The position numbers were made by a program, and so were the translations under genes. From assembly GCF_001194135.2 (NCBI RefSeq), contig NC_068984.1:99910023-99974022 (forward strand): DNA of 64,000 nt, written 5' to 3'. Numbering within the stretch: position 1 is the stretch's first letter; every line of letters starts with the position of its first letter. Origin of the DNA: Octopus bimaculoides (Eukaryota). The notes under the pieces are model-generated. The model worked only from the letters and a program-made list of their open reading frames with translations. It did not search any database and was not told where the DNA came from. This document shows, piece after piece, positions 36,692 through 49,314 of the stretch.

Positions 36692-39031
36692 CTAGTAGAA
36701 AGACCACCCTCCAGGTGGTTTTCTGCTAGCCACTCGATAGTATTTCCACATTTGATTCGCAATTCTTATAATTTTTATGATATTTTACGTCTAATTATTT
36801 CTTTGTATAATAGTACTCACTTGCTTTCATTATTTTATCAGTCATAATCTCTCTTTTTTAAAAAGTCAGTCTGTTATCTATATTTCTCATTAAAAATTGG
36901 TAGAAATTACATAAGTGTGGATGGATAGATGGAGGAATGAATGGATGGCGGGAAGGAAGGATACACACACACTCACACACACAAAATTCTGGTGCTGTGA
37001 GAACACATGGAGATGATGTTTCTTTACTTTTTCAAATATACCCAAATTTAAAATGATCTAATATAATGATATAATTCATTTGGCATGTGTTGAAATATGC
37101 CAAAACAATTTCATTCCACACAAATATATGTTACTTTACATATAATTTATGTGTTAATTCTATTTACTGAAACTTGCTAAAAAGCATTTTTCTTTTTAAG
37201 TAGTATCTCCTTGTAGACACAATAGTCAGTAATCAAACTGTTTCCATTTCTCTCAGCCAATATTTTTACATTAGCCTTCTTTCAAACTCTAGATAATGCA
37301 ACATACAGCTGACCATGTGAGAAGAATTGTGTTGGAAGATATATTCCAATTTGTTCAAAAGTCTGTCTTTGTGCCTTGTTGCACATCAAGGCAAAAGCTG
37401 GCTTGACAGGAAATTGTTTGCTTCTAATGTAAATGGAAATTCCATTTCTTGAGTTACATGTGGTATTCTTGGGATTAGTAGAGTTGATTCTGCATAAGAA
37501 CCAGAAGCAACCTCAGCCTCAATAACATGATCATGTAAACTGACAATGATGTAGTGTGTGCCATTGCAATGTCCATTAGTAGCATCTAAATTTCTCAGAA
37601 GCATTAGCCATCGTTTCTTCTTCAGTTTGAGAATATGTAGTGGAAACCCTAATGGTCTAAGCTTGTTGATGAACTCGGTTTGATACAGAGTTTCATTATC
37701 AACTGTATCTGAAGTTCTGTATATTTTTAGCTCACCAGGGATCCTGATCAATAGAAAATCATTCACAAATTGTGTTGTTTCATTTTTTGGAGTAACGATG
37801 GTGCAATTTGTAAGCCACACAGGGTTTGTAAAGTTATTTTTGAAGTCAGCATATACAAAATCACATCGATCTGAAAGCGTACCACTTACAAGACAAGAGT
37901 CATTGGGTAGTTTGATTTTGAATTCACCTAGGCTTTGTTCAACAGAAATGTTACCATTTCCCCCATCAAGAAGGTAATTAGCAAACTCTCTTTCATCAGA
38001 ATGACTTTCTGTAAGAAGTCTTAGATTGGTTGTCAACTCCACTACTTCCACATGATCACAAAGAAAAGATCTCATTAGTGTTGCATCAACAATTTGTGAT
38101 CTGACACCATTATTTTGAAGTAGAATGTTCTCCTCTTGAGATACACTACCCAGTCGGTCATGCGTAACAGAAACAGAATCATGTCTATGTCTCCATTCAT
38201 ATTCAGGCATCTATTTCAGTCACTTTGCCCTGGTTTCATTTGATTCAGTTGCCCGTCTTTCTCTCTGACGTGCCTTTGCTGCTAAATTTTCGCATATTAT
38301 ATATACATGGAAGCTCATTAAAAACTATCTTGTTTAGCATGCTAGAAAGAGCAGCAATCACATAGTTATTATTGTGAGGTTTATAGCGTTCCAAGTAGCC
38401 ATACCAACAAAATCACTTCTTCATTTACAAAAAAATTATACCTGTATATTAAAGAATTTTCCTTTTGTCAAAAATATTCATTTAACAAACTCCTGAAACT
38501 GATAATGTTCTGGATATTGTGCTTCATATTAAAGTTATACAGCTATTTTGTGTAATAGTATGCATTCATTCAACACAAAATCACTTAAACATTATAAGAG
38601 TATATTAAAAAATTTTCATTTTATCAAAAATATTCATTTACCAAACTCCGGAAACTGATAATATTCTTGAAACTGTGTCTCGTATCAAAGTCATATAACC
38701 ATTATTAAATTATCATTAATAAAAATAGAGATGAGTGAGAATGACTGTTGCAAATAAAAATGTAAAATGTTGCCTGCAACGAATTAATAGTGTTTATTAT
38801 TAAACATTAAAAGCTACTCCGCAGTGAATGCAATGAATACTTAAATTTGCGAGAATTTGGAGTTTAAAAACTTCAATACACTTCTGAAACCGAAATTATT
38901 GGCAGTTTCTTAGAACATGAATTTATAAAAGTATTTCCAGACAGTCAAGCTTTTAATATTGCTTTCTTTTAGTACTTTTAGTAATTGTTACATACCTTAT
39001 TAATAAGCAGATTTCTTCATTATAGTATAGA
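36692..39031 (-). mobile_element. Non-autonomous Helitron with both termini (5' TC, 3' hairpin plus CTAG, inserted at A|T) and a PIF1 helicase remnant
   Basis: On the minus strand: 5' a|TCTATACTATAATG at 39031; 3' accacc-tggag-ggtggt hairpin followed by CTAG|t at 36692. Helicase at 37200-38100: VELTTNLRL, TPKN, TEFIN.L.P.GFPLHILKLK, MLLRNLDATNGHCNGT, LIPRI, then after a frameshift QFPVKPAFALMCNKAQRQTF..GIYLPTQFFSHGQLYVALSRV..VYKEIL. Confidence 0.88.
37386..38210 (-). pseudogene. Helitron RepHel remnant: N-terminal piece fused to the C-terminal half of the PIF1-like helicase
   Basis: 274-aa ORF carrying PIF1/Helitron helicase motifs; it continues by frameshift to about 37200. Confidence 0.9.
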
Positions 39032-39606
39032 TTCCTCTCTCCCCTTATATCATTATTAGTATATAATAATGTATCCTCTCTTGCAATCTTTATGTTAAAT
39101 CCTCTACTGGAACTCTCTTTTTTCTTATTCATATTTTACTTCACAAGCAAACATCAATTGTCAAGGATTCAAAATGACCATCAACTGTTTCAGCCTCATA
39201 TATCTGGGAAGGGCTGCAAATCTTTTGGACACTTCTTACTTTCATTCAACTAAATATAAACAAAATAGTGCAGTTAATGATGGAAGTACAATGTCAAAGC
39301 TCTTTAAGAATATAGTGAGACAACATTTAGGATCTTGGTTTTCAGAATCAGCACATAATTGCTCTGCACATTATAAGAGGTGACTAAAAGGTTTGACATC
39401 AGCTGGGTATCTGGTTATTAAACACCGCTTTTAAAACTCCAGTCCAGCCCATAGAAAAGCAGATATAAAACTATAGCATCTAAAGACCACAATTCTTCAA
39501 GGATGAGATTCTTGTAAAAAAATATACAAAGACAGGGCACTAAATCAGTTGCAAGATTAAATCTGCCATTAACCGCATAAATTCAGGATTAAGGTACCAG
39601 ATTTAA

Positions 39607-39828
39607 TCCTTTAGTATTTAAGCTGGCCACATCCAGCCTAAATATCTGACCTATTTCATGTTCAAAACTAACCAGATCCAGCCTATCACACTTACCCTAC
39701 AATATTATTCTAAAAATAAACAATCATATTGAATGAAATCTTGAAGCTACAAGGTAATGCATGATTAATATAAAACAATGTGAATAAATAAATATTACAT
39801 TCAACAGAATAATCTAATTGCTAAAGAA
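39607..39828. mobile_element. piggyBac-type MITE copy
   Basis: ttaa|tcctttagtattt ... aattgctaaagaa|ttga; homologous to 9156-9374. Confidence 0.65.
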
Positions 39829-40859
39829 TTGATATTTTATATACTAAAGATTTACATTTAAGCTTCTTTGTTTGCATGTAAAAATTGTTTATTTGTTGGA
39901 TCAGTTAGTTCTTACAGCTTCTTACCACTAACCATTCATGCATAAAATAGAGAGTAGAACATATTTTATTGTCAGTTTGGCAAACTGGAACCAGCAAACT
40001 TGTATACTTTGATTGAGGCATAAAACATATGGCTGTAACAGTAAAGTTTGAAGTCATGACTATGGAGTTAGTAATTCAACACATTTAACTAACAACAATG
40101 ATGCCTCTTTAAAAAAAAAAAACTCTGATTTAGCTGAAGATTGAATTTCTAAGCTTCAGAGATGGTACAATATTTAAATTAAGAGAGGACTAATTGATAA
40201 AATTGCAAATTGGTGGACTGATAGAATTGATAGATTGGCAGACAAATTAGTGTATTAACAGAACTGGTAAAATGATAGACAAATTAGTAAGTTATCAGAA
40301 TAGGTAGCTTGGTAGAGTCAGTAGATTGGTAGTGAAAAACGAAAGGCCCTACTATATTTAAATATGTCACTTTTAATACTAAGTTTTAATCCCGAGGTTG
40401 ACTTTACCTTTCATTCTTCTGAAGATGATACCCCTAGTATCATAAATAAAGTACTGGGGGATCATTATAGTTGTTTATTCTCTCCCCCAATAAATTTGCA
40501 GATTTATGTTTATATTAGAAATCAATATTTACATTAAGAGATTGATTTTTTGTGTGGAAAATTATGTCAGACGTATTCAACCCCAAATAATATGGAATCT
40601 TATCATCCCATCAGGCATTAAAGATAGGTCCTTCACATGAGGTATTTCAGAAATGATACAGGAAATTTATTCAGCTGCAAACATTTTTGAATAACCTACT
40701 TATGTCAAATTCAATTACCTTGCCAAAAAGAGGTTACTTTAAATCAAAAACTACCAACCAATTAAAGAAGCATTGGTACATATTGGAATGGCTATAGACT
40801 TCAAATAAGTCATTCTGATTAACCACATCTTTCAATCTTTCCTCTCCCAGAACACTCAC

Positions 40860-41039
40860 CCTCTGCAATCACTGCTTTGTCCATATTTCTCCCCCATGTA
40901 TACACACAGTGAAATTCTGTGTCTGAAAACCATGAAAGCAGTGAAGTGAAAGTTGCAGTAAAAGATGTAACATAGTCAGTCTTTAGTTGCAAAAAACTTA
41001 AATGATTGGTTTTAGAACTGTGACTTTTGGTAGCTTCTC
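40860..41039 (-). CDS. Candidate symmetric phase-1 exon (180 nt), possibly the C-terminal half of an Ig-like domain
   Basis: Acceptor tatatctatcttgcaag and donor GAGG|gtgagt. Only one frame is open: EATKSHSSKTNHLSFLQLKTDYVTSFTATFTSLLSWFSDTEFHCVYTWGRNMDKAVIAE. Confidence 0.4.
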
Positions 41040-41579
41040 CTTGCAAGATAGATATAATTCGTGGTATGACAATTGTTTATCAAATGCTCACAATGGGAAA
41101 ATTGCAGATTTTATAGCTAGGATCATATAAAACAAATAGCACAAAATCTTCAATAATATGATATTGCTAATAATAGTAATAGTAAATAATAATGTGAGAT
41201 TAACTGAAGGTAAAGAAAGACCTGGAAGAGAATCAATAGATATTATTACCAAGAATACAGTTTAAGTGAATCCAAAGACACAATATACAGTCATACAGTA
41301 AAAATTATGAGGAACAAAGAAAGAGAAGACCTTTTACATCAAGCATGTTAAACTAATCCTTTCTTGGAGTAAGCCACATGGATCCATGTTGTTATTTCAG
41401 AGGAATGACCAATTCTGGTCAAATAGTTGATATTTATTTTTTAAGAATCACTTCTATAGTGAAAGAAAGTATGTTCACTACATAATAAATTTATATGTGT
41501 GTGCATGTGTATATATAAAAATTTTGTTTTAATGTCCACTTCTTCATGCTTGTTATGTTAGATGAAATTCATTGAGATA

Positions 41580-41930
41580 GATAATTAGAAGGGGGCTTGA
41601 TCTAGCTGGCTTCCTATCACAACTGGAGCCAGTAGGTTTTGACTGTGGGGATGGTAAGTGTCCCGAAAGAATAACTCTTTTCCCATATAAGGGAGATAAA
41701 TCCCTCGTCTGGGATGTGACATGTTCTCCGGCCCCAACCTTCCTGCATTAGCTTTAAACCTGGATATCGCTGCCTGTAACACAGAGGAGAGAGAGTACTG
41801 AGTTTATTTTCCATGACACCAGCCCTATGAAGGTTGTCTTGGCCTCAGCAAGACTAAAGAACCCCACTCAAGCCTTGAATTGTTGCTGTTTGATTTGGTT
41901 TCCCAACAACTAACAATGTTCTGGTGCTTT
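41580..41930 (+). mobile_element. CRE-like RLE non-LTR retrotransposon, 3' fragment
   Basis: IIRRGLDLAGFLSQLEPVGFDCGDGKCPERITLFPYKGDKSLVWDVTC matches the LEP.GL.R.DGKRPDG.TL.PW..GK.LVWD.TC endonuclease region. Confidence 0.75.
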
Positions 41931-42111
41931 GTTTTACTGGCACCAACTGTTTTACTTATTTCAGTCATTGGACTGCAGCTTTGCTAGGTTACCATTTCAA
42001 ACATTTTTACTTAGTCACATTGATCTAAAGAGTTATCTTTCAACTTTTTGTTTATTTAATCACTCCTGTTTGTCAGACTCTTCAGATGCTAGACATAAAG
42101 AAATAGAACAA

Positions 42112-42176
<65 letters not shown>

Positions 42177-43364
42177 CACACATACACAAATACACACACA
42201 CACACGCACACATGCATCAAAGTGATTTTGTTGATTTTGTTTGTTTATTTCTGCAATTATTTCTTGTAATAATGACTTTTGGAAGATGTAAGCACAATTT
42301 TCCAGATCCAACCCATCTCTTTCCCATTTACACACACTCTCTCTCCTCTGTCTGTCTGTCTGTATTTTTCTCTCTCTCTCTCTCACCCTGTGTGTATGCG
42401 TGTGTGCATGTGTGTGTGTATGTATCATTCTCAGCAAATTTCTAGAATACTTATCCTGCCCCCGTTGCTGTTATTTTTGAACTCCCAACTCTCTCGCATC
42501 TTCTGACATATTGTCATAACCAAGTCTCAACAGCTACACACAAAAGGATCGATTGTTTCTTTCTGCTTATTCCATAGTCTACGCTTGATCTTAACTTCCT
42601 TCATCTATTGTTTTTATAGCCAGCTATTGATCATGGCCAGCTAAAATCAGTTTATAATAGATTTCTAATTGTAGAAAACCTCTTTTTCTTAATATCCTTT
42701 CCCAAGGCAATCCACCAACTGTCCCTACCCATTCCCTAAAGTATTCTCCACTTGATAATTTCTAATTTTGGTAGGAAACAAAGTATTTGTTTTGTTCAAA
42801 GAAGTGGTATTTTTCATAATGGCTGCTTCTTTGTGATTAGGTGAGGATCTCTTGTCTTAGGCAGTCTTTGATTTTTATCAGCTACATCTTACACAGTGTT
42901 GTTGTTGCTGTTGCTGCTGATGATGATGGTAATAATTATGCTCAGGAATATGATGATGTTGGTGATAATAGCAGTAGTGGAGATTATGTTGATGATGATA
43001 ATTATAGTGACAGTGGTAGTGGTGATGGTGGTGTTGATGATGATGATGATGTCTTGAGTTAGTGTACAATGCACATAAAATTGTTTTCTGCATAACAATA
43101 CAAACAGAAAAATGCAGAAGAAAAATGTCCAATAAAATATGCTAAAGATTAATTTTGATGAGAGTGACTGATGAAAGTGTGTGTATGAGTGAGTTAGAGG
43201 AAGGCAGACAAACAGAAAGATCATCATCATCGTCATCATTGAACACTCATCTTCCATGCTGGCATGGTTGGATGGTGTGACAGGATCCAGTTAGAGGACT
43301 GTGTTGAACTGGGTGCTTTTTCTTTTTCTTATGTCACTGGCACTAGTGAGGTTGCCAATTATCT

Positions 43365-44790
43365 TATTAACTTTGAAAACTAGTAATTTTTATGGATTAA
43401 CTAAAATTAATGAAATGAGACAAATTCAAAACAATATAAAAGGAAACATGTTGAAATTCCAGACCTTCACAATTAAAACTTTGCCTTTTCATTACTGGTC
43501 CAGTATCAAGTACACACTGGCTAGATAACTTATCAGATATAATATCAAGACCACTTTGCAAAATGGTATCAAGCTTCATCTGAGATAATTTGAATTTTTT
43601 TAATTACATACTTAAAACACTATATCAAAAAACAATTCTAATTAACTTAGATGTAACCAATCAATAAACCAATATCTTGCATAATTTAGGAACTGAAATT
43701 GTGGGCTTCCGGTTGACAATACACCCAGATTATATCCAAGACTGATTCTCAAAAGATTTTATTTTAGAAGGACTCAGACTAATACTTGAGAATAACCAGT
43801 TTTTTTTTTTTATAACAATTTTTTCTTACAAACAAAAGGAGTGGTCATGGGCATAGCAAAATCCTTTACATATGCAATGCTTGTAATATGCTTCTTAGAA
43901 TAAACTATATTTCTAATTATCAGAATTATTTAAACAAAATGTTTTCATCTGTATAAAGAATATAAATGGAAATGATATTTGAATCACTGCTTAGTGTTTA
44001 AGAAATTTTTTAAAGTTTCAAAACTCCTTAAAAATGTCCATTGCCTCTTAAATAGGTTATACAACAATAAAATTTACATTGGAATGGCATGCAAAGGAAA
44101 TGTCTGTTTCTAGGAAGACAAAAGTACCCTATTATCTTTATTAATATGGCTGTTATCAAAGTCAAAAAACATTCCAACTCAGAAGAAAATAAAAATAGGA
44201 AAATAGAAATGAACACAAATATTCCTTCTGTCATCACTCATAACCTGAAGAACCATAATGTTTTGAATGCTGCTAAAAGACATCTCCTAATTCTTCAACA
44301 ATCCCCCAAAATGAAGGACGTATTTACAGAATCACCGATAATTCAGAGTAAATGCCAAGCACCCAATCTAAAAAAACTACTAATTCAAGTTTTACATGAA
44401 AAAGGGAAATGATGTGAGTTGGTGACCCTTGTTGCAGGACATATGAATATGTTGATGAGAGTGAGTAAATTATTTTTAAAAACAATAAAATATTTAAAAT
44501 CAATGCAGCTACGAATTACTAATAAAGAAACTTAATTCATTGAGCTGACTTGCTTACGATGCAAAGAATATTATATTGGAGAAATTGGAACATGATTACA
44601 TGACAGAATAAGGATACATAAATGACAAATTACGAACTAATTTATCAAAATTACAGCATGCAGTGAACATTTTGAGAAATGTGGAAAAGGAAAATTTAAA
44701 ATATTTCCACTTTCTTATGATATGGTTGGAAAATGAGCGCTTTCAAAAGTGCAAGGAAGATTTTATTCAAAAATGCAAAGCAAACTGAAC
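43365..44790 (+). mobile_element. Degraded Penelope-like element: RT plus GIY-YIG endonuclease, with internal deletion
   Basis: KTSNFYGLTKI, ..GPVSSTH..DIISRPLCK.VSSFI, ILEGLRLILENN, QTKGVVMG..TYAML, KWK*YLNHC (decayed W.RYLDD), ILQQSPKMKDVF..PNLKKLL, LTCLRCKEYYIGEIGT.LHDRIRIH, CSEHFEKCGKGKFKIFP. Confidence 0.85.
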
Positions 44791-46229
44791 AAGAAATATC
44801 AGTAGTGGAGATTACATTGATTTTAGTGTCATGTGATAATGGTAACAAGACACCATCCAGGAAACCAAATTTATGTATGCATGTGTATGTCAGTTTGCAT
44901 ATACATATAGTTATGTATGTATGTGCATATATACACTTACATATGTTTGTTTGCATATGTATGTGTATGTGCATCTATATGCATCAGTAAATGTAAGTAT
45001 GTACAGAAGTCTGTATTTATAATTATTGTGTTTCAGGATATAGGTGTATATATAATACAAGCACTTACTCTATGTAAAACAGGTTGATTTTTCCAAATGC
45101 TTACCCATCCTAGTCACTCTCACCATTCTCTTCCTTTTGATACCTTTCATATGAGTACTTGTATTTTTATAAATGTACATATTTAATATATGTATGTGTG
45201 TGTTTGGGTGTATGCAAATGTGAGTGTCACTTGCTCTGACTTCCTTTCACTTTTGGTTTGTCTTTTTTCTTTTCTTTCTGTTCATTCTTTTTTTTTTTCT
45301 TTTTCTCTTTCTTCCTTTCACTGATGTAACTACTACTAGACTTCTTAAAACATTCTTTCTTTTGTTATATTTGATTCATATTCATTTTGATTTTGAATTT
45401 TCTCAATTCATTTTATTCAACTTATTTTCCAATGTCAACCCTTCTCCCTTTATGTAATCCCCTCTCTCCCATGACAAATACCAAACCCATATAAAAGAAA
45501 CAACATAGACAAATACAGGTATATCAAATACCATACAACATAAAACTATCTCCATCTCTACAGAATGAATTGCAGATACCAAACAGCAATTGAGACCAGT
45601 TCCTTATGAACAGAGTAAACAATCTCAAGAATTAAAAATTCTCCAAAATTGACATGCCATTAGCCCTTTGGAGACGGAGCCTCATTTGAAGTTTCAGTGT
45701 CAAGAACATGGAGCCTTTTGCACAAGCCCTACAGAGGGCATGCACTTATTTTACAAAAAGAATTATAAAAACTAATATATATAAAACTATATATATTCTT
45801 GTATGAAATTGAATGAACTAAGACAATCTTCTTTGTCATTTGACTTTTCGGCCTATAGATCAGCTTTGTCCTCTGCTAAGGGTTAAGGAATAGGACAGGC
45901 TTATTATCTGGAGATAAGAGGGCAGTCATGATCTGTCATCAGCTTGGCAATTGTCCTGTATGCAGAGTATCTGACAGGATGGTCACAGCAGGAGTGTCTT
46001 ATTATAGGTCTGCACGTTGATCCTACCAACAGCCAGGATCAACCTGCAGTTCAGTTAATGAAATACTGCTATCATCTGTAGTTGTGGCATGCACAGATGA
46101 GATATTTCAACTAGTAAAAGACCAATGTAACTAAAATCAAGACTTGACATTCATGCCTCATTGCTCAATCCGGATATCCTGTGTGGAAGAGTTACATTGG
46201 TCAGGGTAACTTACCCAACCTGAATGGAT

Positions 46230-46770
46230 GGCTTATTCTATTGACACTGGAGGGATGAAAGGTAAAGTTGATTTTGGCATGATTTGAACTCAGAATGTCA
46301 AGAGCCAGAAGAAATATTGCAAGGCATTGTTTCTGATGTTCTAATGATACTGCCAATCCACCTCCTTTGATTGCTTGAGAATTAAGTACAAAGCCAAAAG
46401 TTTGAACGAGGGGAACAGTTAATTATATCAACCCCAACACTTGACTGGTACTTTATTTTTATAAACATCTGAGAGATGAAAAGCAAAGAAGCTGTAACTA
46501 AATACAGTTTGGTATTTTGTCTGATGCTTTAATGATTCTAATGTCAAAGCACTATACTACTATTACTACTACTGATGATGATAATAATAATAATAATAAT
46601 AATAATATAATGATGATGATAATAGTAATAATAATAATAATAATAATCCTTTTTACTAAATGTACCGAAACTTTGTGGGTGGGGGAGACTAGTCGATTAA
46701 ATCAACCCCTGTGTTTCACTGGTGCTTAATTTACTGACCCCTATGGATGAGGGACAAAGTCAACTTCAGC
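46230..46770 (-). mobile_element. Degraded SINE family A copies with (AAT)n tails
   Basis: Family A modules at about 46230-46480 and 46645-46770. Confidence 0.7.
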
Positions 46771-47144
46771 GGAAATATAATAATAATAATAATAGTAATA
46801 ATAATAATAATAATGATAACAGTAGTAAAAATAATTGGTATGTCACACATATTGAGAAGAACATTGTTGATGTGAAAATGATTACTACCCTTGTATTTAA
46901 TTTTTGTTTTTCTTTTCACAACTTCATTTCATTTTGAAAATGAACAACCTGGAGTGTTTAGTTTAATGGCCTATCAATTTATACAGTGAGTTTCTTTATC
47001 CTAGGAGTTGGGAAAACATTCAGTATGAAATGGAAACAAAATAAAATGAGGAAGAAACTAATAACAATAAAAATAATGATAATAATAATAATAGTGATGA
47101 TGATGATGATAATAAAAATTATAATAACAATAGCAATAATAATG

Positions 47145-47480
47145 ATTTCTTTTATTGGCCACAAGGGCTCAAGACATGGAGGATAATACCAAAGCACATA
47201 AAAAGCAAAAACAAAAAAAAATAAAATAGGTGGGGCTTACATCGATCAAAGGGTGGTACTACCACATTAGGAGATATAACAGAGGATATATAATAGAAAT
47301 TAGAAAAATATATAAATAAATGAATAAATAAATAAATAGAATCCTCAATAGCAGGGCAGTCCACTTAGGATAATCTGGGGTAAACCCCACACAAAAATCC
47401 CAGATTACTCAGCCATCCCTGAGGCATGGGAAAGTGCCCTTTTCCAGTTTCTTTCCTGAAGAAATACCACTTCAGATACT
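47145..47480 (-). mobile_element. LINE 3' UTR fragment (Tx1/L1-like by inference) ending ..gagcccttgtggccaataaaagaaat
   Basis: The same terminus occurs at about 3625-3650 and closely resembles the tail of the SINE at 50938-51168; a poly(A)-signal-like aataaa precedes an (ATT)n tail. Confidence 0.5.
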
Positions 47481-47554
47481 TTGATGATTCTACAAAATCA
47501 CTGACCTAATAATCACAACAACAACATCATCAACATCAACAATACCAATAATAA

Positions 47555-48600
47555 TGATTTCTGATTTAAGCACAAGACTAGCAATTTCAAGAGGAGAGGA
47601 TTAGTCAATACACCATTGACCTTAGTACTTTACTGGTACTTTATTTTATCTACTCCTGGAGGGTTGAAAAGCAATGTTGGCCTCAACATGGTAATAGTAA
47701 TAATAATAATAACTCTTTCTACTATAGGCACAAGGCCTGAAATTTTGGGTGAGGTGACTAGTCGGTTACATCGATCCCAGTGTTTTACTGGTACTTAAGT
47801 TATTGACCAAGAAAAGATGAAAGGCAAATTCGACCTTGGCAGAATTTGAACTCAGAATGTAACAACGGGTAAAATACTGCTATTTCATCCAGCATGCTAA
47901 TGATTCTGCTAGCTCACCGCCTTAGTAATAATAATAATAATAATAATAATAATAGCCACAGATTTGCTTGTCAGTTGTTTGACCTTTACCAATGGAGCAT
48001 GTCTCTTAGTGGCTGATGATATATGCATCTCTGACCATGAGCAGAAGTAGTGGGGGGGGGGGCATCATAGCCATGTGTTGAGAGGAATTCTTTGGGGTTT
48101 GAATAATTCACCTCTGAAAACATGGGTGTTTTGTTCAACATCTTTAAACAACCCTTATTCAGGGACCTTTTAAGTGGGATCAATATGAAGAAAATTCCAT
48201 TTGGGCTCCACTTGCAAGGTTATGCACTGATTATCTTGATATGAGATCACCATGTCACGCACATATGTTTGTGAGGCACATGCCTGGTGTACCCTTACCA
48301 GACAAGTGGTCAAGATGGGTATACTGGACTTCATATGTTTTACTCCAGTGTCATTTTGATGGCATGCACTGCTCTCTCAAATCTTTTCTACTGTAGGCAC
48401 AAGGCCTGAAATTTTGGGGAAGGGATTAAGTTGATTACATCAACCCCTGTGCATAATTGATACTTATTTAATTGGCCCCAAAAGGATGAAAGGCAAAGTC
48501 GACCTCGGTAAAATTTGAACTCAGAGCATAGCGACAAATGAAATACTGCTAAGCATGTCACTTGGCATTCTAATGATTCTGCCAACTAGACACCTTAATA
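47555..48600. mobile_element. Three minus-strand SINE family A copies flanking copy 2 of the unclassified 0.5 kb repeat (47955-48380)
   Basis: Family A modules at about 47555-47690, 47715-47925 and 48385-48600; the intervening sequence is the reverse complement of 1918-2370. Confidence 0.8.
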
Positions 48601-49262
48601 ATAATGATGATGATAATAATAATAATCAATAGCTGATTTGTATGAGTTGTCTTGTAATACCATGTCAGAATCAGGGATATTATATGCCAGTTATATTTCT
48701 GTGTTGACCACCTCCACCCCCAGTAATCGTTGCTTTATTCCTGTGGATGATGATGATGGTGATGTTGATGATGATGATGATGATGTTGTTGAAAGTGACG
48801 ATGATGATGGCAATGATGGTGATGATGGTGATGTTGTTGTTAAGTGACCTTTAGATGGTGGGACCAATTGATAATGTGTGAGTATCACATGGATCAAAGC
48901 ATAGGAATAGAGAAGAGTAGTGGTGATGGTTAAAAGGTGAAGGATGGATAGAAGGGTGCTGCTTTTAGTAGGAATTGAGTTGATGAATGCGGTGACAGTG
49001 GAGATGTTGGTGGTGGTGAGCATTGTAATGGTGGTGGATGAGGGGAGTGGTGGTAGTAGTGAGAATAGTTGTGATAGTAATTGTGGAGGAGTGATGTCGG
49101 TGACGGCTGTGATGATAATGAAGCTGGTGACACACACTCACTTTCTACACATGCACAACCATATACACAAAAGAAATCACACACTCAATACACATGCACA
49201 CATACTTATACATATATATATATATATATACACACACATAAATGTATACCCATATACATGTG

Positions 49263-49314
<52 letters not shown>

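Noticed and set aside
37078-37105. Hairpin tttggcat..atgccaaa as the Helitron 3' palindrome
   Set aside because: No CTAG or CTRR at the right distance; the GC hairpin plus CTAG|T at 36692-36724 fits far better.
41585-41814. Two minus-strand ORFs with a good-looking acceptor (AAISRFKANAG.. and QRYPGLKLM..)
   Set aside because: They are antisense to a clear CRE-like endonuclease frame on the plus strand, which explains the GC content and complexity.
42450-42600. Minus-strand traces resembling an APE endonuclease (AVETWL and a GG motif)
   Set aside because: Too decayed to call from two short motifs.
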